A program made the translations under genes and the position numbers. From Felis catus (lineage: Eukaryota), in NCBI RefSeq assembly GCF_018350175.1, contig NC_058383.1, forward strand, positions 5,520,001 to 5,584,000: 64,000 nt of DNA, given 5' to 3'. The notes beneath the pieces are model-generated. The model was given only the letters and a program-made list of their open reading frames with translations. It had not been told where the DNA came from and searched no databases. Of the stretch, positions 60,953-64,000 are shown one piece after another. Each line of letters opens with the position of its first letter. The stretch's first letter is position 1.

Positions 60953-61097
60953 GAATTTGAAGATAATTTTGATGATGAGATAGATTTCACACCACCAGCA
61001 GAAGACACTCCGTCTGTCCAGTCCCCAGCGGAAGTTTTCACACTTTCAGTACCAAATATCTCACTACCAGCTCCGTCGCGGCTCCAGCCTTCCGTAG
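60953..61097 (+). CDS. LMTK2: LMTK2 exon 3 ([48 protein letters not shown]+G), linker before the kinase domain
   Basis: Acceptor ctcttattttag|GAA, donor TAG|GTAAGG, 145 nt, phase 0 to phase 1. Near-identical to the recalled LMTK2 sequence. Confidence 0.97.
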
Positions 61098-61875
61098 GTA
61101 AGGCCTTGCATCCGGCGTCATGTTCTCCAGCTACTTGGGTCGCCTGTCTCGTCTGCTTGCTTCTTTCTTTTTCTGCCCTCTGGGGAAGCCGAATTGTATG
61201 TAGTGGTCGGGCCCACTGCATGCCTGCACAAGCTGAGTCCTTTCCTTCTGGACCCTAGATCTGGTGTAGGAATGAACTGGTCGCCTCCGATCACTGAAGT
61301 GGAACTCTCCCACGGAGCTCCTGGCCTTCCCTTGGGGCGAGAGGCTTCTCTGCTAGTTCTGGACGCAGCTGGCCTTGCTGAGTAGAATGCTGCCGTCTTT
61401 CCGGGGATGTCCCGTGTTTGGGGAGGAGGGGTTTATTTGGATATGCTAATTGGATTGATTTTTCATCCTAAGATAGCGGTTTGGTTAGAGATCGATTGGC
61501 TTCTTGTTCTAGAACAGAAATACTAGCAATTCAAGAGTCAGGGATTTCTGAGACCCCTCGGGAGAGGCTCTTCTCTCTGTGAGGGGCCGTTCCTGCCCCT
61601 CGTGGTGCTGCGCCCAGTGGTGTGGGCGTGGGGCCGGGCGCACCCCGCAGTGGATTGTGCTGCTGGAGGCGTGCGTGACTGAAGGGAAAAGTCAGGTGAA
61701 ACATGACACAGCTGGTGCATTTCATGTGAAACACTTGTAAAGTTGGTAAAATTTTAGTATTGGTGGTTTTTGCAACACTAAACAGCTAACATGTAGTATC
61801 TACCTTCAATTTTTGTAAATAGTAATACCCTTGCTTTGACCAAAATAGTGAAATTTAAAAGTAAAATAGTAAAAT

Positions 61876-62107
61876 TTATTATTTTTTTTTTAATTTTTTT
61901 TTCAACGTTTATTTATTTATTTGGGACAGAGAGAGACAGAGCATGAACGGGGGAGGGGCAGAGAGGGAGGGAGACACAGAATCGGAAACAGGCTCCAGGC
62001 TCTGAGCCATCAGCCCAGAGCCCGACGCAGGGCTCGAACTCACGGACCGCGAGATTGTGACCTGGCTGAAGTCGGACGCTTAACCGACTGCGCCACCCAG
62101 GCGCCCC
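61876..62107 (-). mobile_element. Young cat-type CanSINE (intron 3)
   Basis: Perfect TSD aaaatagtaaaattt. Confidence 0.95.
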
Positions 62108-62811
62108 AAAATAGTAAAATTTAAAAGGATGGGGATATCCTAGGGATAACCTAAGTAACCTAAGGGCACGTATCCGTAAATGGAAAGATTTTCTCCTATC
62201 TTTGCTTACTCGATAATAGGCTTTCCTTTACACTTAAGGGAAGCCCTGAGAGAATTCTCTAGGGCCTCTACCATCCTGGAGTCTTAACACCCATGAATCG
62301 ATTTCAAGTAATAGAATCTTAACTCAGATCAGTGTACATAGAAAGGGGATTCTTCGGACACTTGGAACCAGGCGATGGGGAAGGGTAGGGGTGAGGCTGA
62401 CCGTGGAGACAACTGGCGCTGGGAACTTGGACGCCTTTCATTTCTCTCCTCTGTGTGTGTCGGCTTAGATCCCACACACCGGCTTCTTTCGCTAGCTCGG
62501 AGCGTGGCTGCTGCCACTGCCGGGTTCGTGTCCTTGTAGCTTTACTACCAGAAGAAAGGAGCTACCCTCTCCTCGGAAAACCCTCCGGAGAGGCATCCCG
62601 GTTGGGTTCCCCCAAGTCTGATGATGATGACCCCTCACTGTGGGCAAGAAGGCGCGGCAGAGAAGAGCCTCATGACTTCTGTCCGAGGCATAGTGGGGAT
62701 GGACCAGAGCCCTGTAGCGAACACAGCGGAAATGGTAGTGACCCGTACAGCCATCCCCATTATGTTCATACGCCTTTCTAGTTTCTGAAGCCCTCTATTC
62801 TAAATTTCTTC

Positions 62812-63030
62812 TTTTTTTTTTTTTTTTTTAAGTTTATTTATTTTGAGAGAGCGAGAGAGACTGTGCAGACGGGGGAGGGGCAGAGAGAGACGGAGACCTA
62901 GAATCCCAAGCAGGCTCCACACTGTCAGCAGGAGCCTGATGTGGGGCTCGAACTCATGAACCGCGAGATCATGACCTGAGCCGAAATTAAGAGTTGACTG
63001 TTTTAATTGACTGAGTCGCCCAGGCGCCCC
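62812..63030 (-). mobile_element. CanSINE
   Basis: TSD taaatttcttctt/taaattccttctt. Confidence 0.92.
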
Positions 63031-63099
63031 TAAATTCCTTCTTAATAGGAAGAAATTACTTTTGATTTCTCTGCATAGAGACTATTCTGCGTAGAATAG

Positions 63100-64000
63100 T
63101 CACGGAATATTTTTATGATCTTGGGATATAAGAGGCCTAGCCAAGCTTGGCACTAAATGCAGAAACCATAAAGGAAAATATTGACAAATTTGATGCATAA
63201 AATGGAATATTCTGTATGGTAAAAGACACCATAAACAAATTTGACAAAGTAGCCAGAATATTTGTAAGCTACAAAAAATGTCTAGAAAAACCCTATTATA
63301 TATTAATATATATTAAGATTACAAACAAACGTATAAGACGACTAACAGTTCAATAGGCAAAAATAAGTCAAGGATGTAAAAGAAGAAGTTCATGAAAAGA
63401 AATTTAAGTGGCCAATAAAAAAGGAACTTCACTATTAATTAAAGAAATACAAACTTAAAGTAGGATGATAACAGATTGGGGCGCCTGGGTGGCTCAGTTG
63501 GTTAAGCGTCCGACTCTGCCTCAGGTCATGATCTCTCATTTCGTGGGTTCCAGCCCGGCGTCAGGAGGCTCTGTGCCAACAGCTTGGAGCCTGGAGCCTG
63601 CTTCGGATTCTGTGTCTCCCTGCCTTTCTGCCCCTCCCCTGCTCCTGTTCGTGTGTTCTCTCTCTCTCTCTCTCTCTCTCTGTCTCAAATAAATAAACAT
63701 TAAAAAAAAAAAAAGATAACAGTTCAACAAAGAGAAGAAAGGACACTGGGTGGTGACAGGGGAGGGATATGTGTGGGAAACAGGCACTTGGACACTCACT
63801 GCTAGCCGGACTGTAAATTGATAGAGACGTTCTTTCCGTAGGGTAGTCTGACAGTATGTATCCAAGTGTAGAATGTGTTTACACTTGATCCCGCAGTTCC
63901 ACTCTTAGTAGCTTTTTGAGGTCAGTAGGCAAGTAAGTATCTGCAAAGGAGTTTATTGCAGCATTGTTTGGCAGTGTAAGAGTGGAAACATTAAATGTTG
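63100..64000 (+). mobile_element. Old L1ME-like fragment containing a sense CanSINE (63478-63713)
   Basis: gcagaaaccataaaggaaaatattgacaaatttga...gatcccgcagttccactcttag; SINE flanked by gataacag. Confidence 0.75.

Noticed and set aside
62141..62159. TAGGGATAAC, resembling the start of an I-SceI site
   Set aside because: Only the first 10 bases match contiguously and there is no vector context; chance.
8476..63713. Recurrent peptides such as MAQSVKRPTSAQVMIS...LEPASDSVSPSLSAPP in the ORF track, resembling a gene family or repeat array
   Set aside because: Translations of dispersed CanSINE copies; not regularly spaced, so neither CRISPR-like nor a gene family.

Overview
Mammalian (felid) nuclear DNA, not microbial. 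About 40 CanSINE/SINEC_Fc-type elements, including the youngest cat-type subfamily, point to Felidae. The only protein-coding gene I can support is the 5' end of LMTK2 (lemur tyrosine kinase 2) on the + strand: CpG-island promoter (~35990-36850), exon 1 CDS 36459-36546, exon 2 57518-57642 and exon 3 60953-61097. These splice in frame with GT-AG sites to give [119 protein letters not shown], and the kinase exons lie beyond the window. Positions 1-36000 are repeat-rich intergenic DNA (L1, L2, MIR, MaLR/ERVL LTRs, hAT DNA-transposon relics, SINEs) with one near-perfect CTCF motif. Almost all ORFs in the supplied track are chance ORFs or repeat-derived. I see no firm evidence of a wholly new biological system. 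The best leads are: (1) two strong-Kozak uORFs, one separated from the LMTK2 frame by a single TGA; (2) a young antisense SINE 74 nt upstream of exon 3 that offers an in-frame cryptic acceptor; (3) a stop-free, phase-symmetric 270-nt exon 2+3 module flanked by inverted SINEs; (4) two independent SINE-into-SINE insertions at the same homologous site. Repeat family names and human comparisons are from recall and were not searched; repeat boundaries are approximate.
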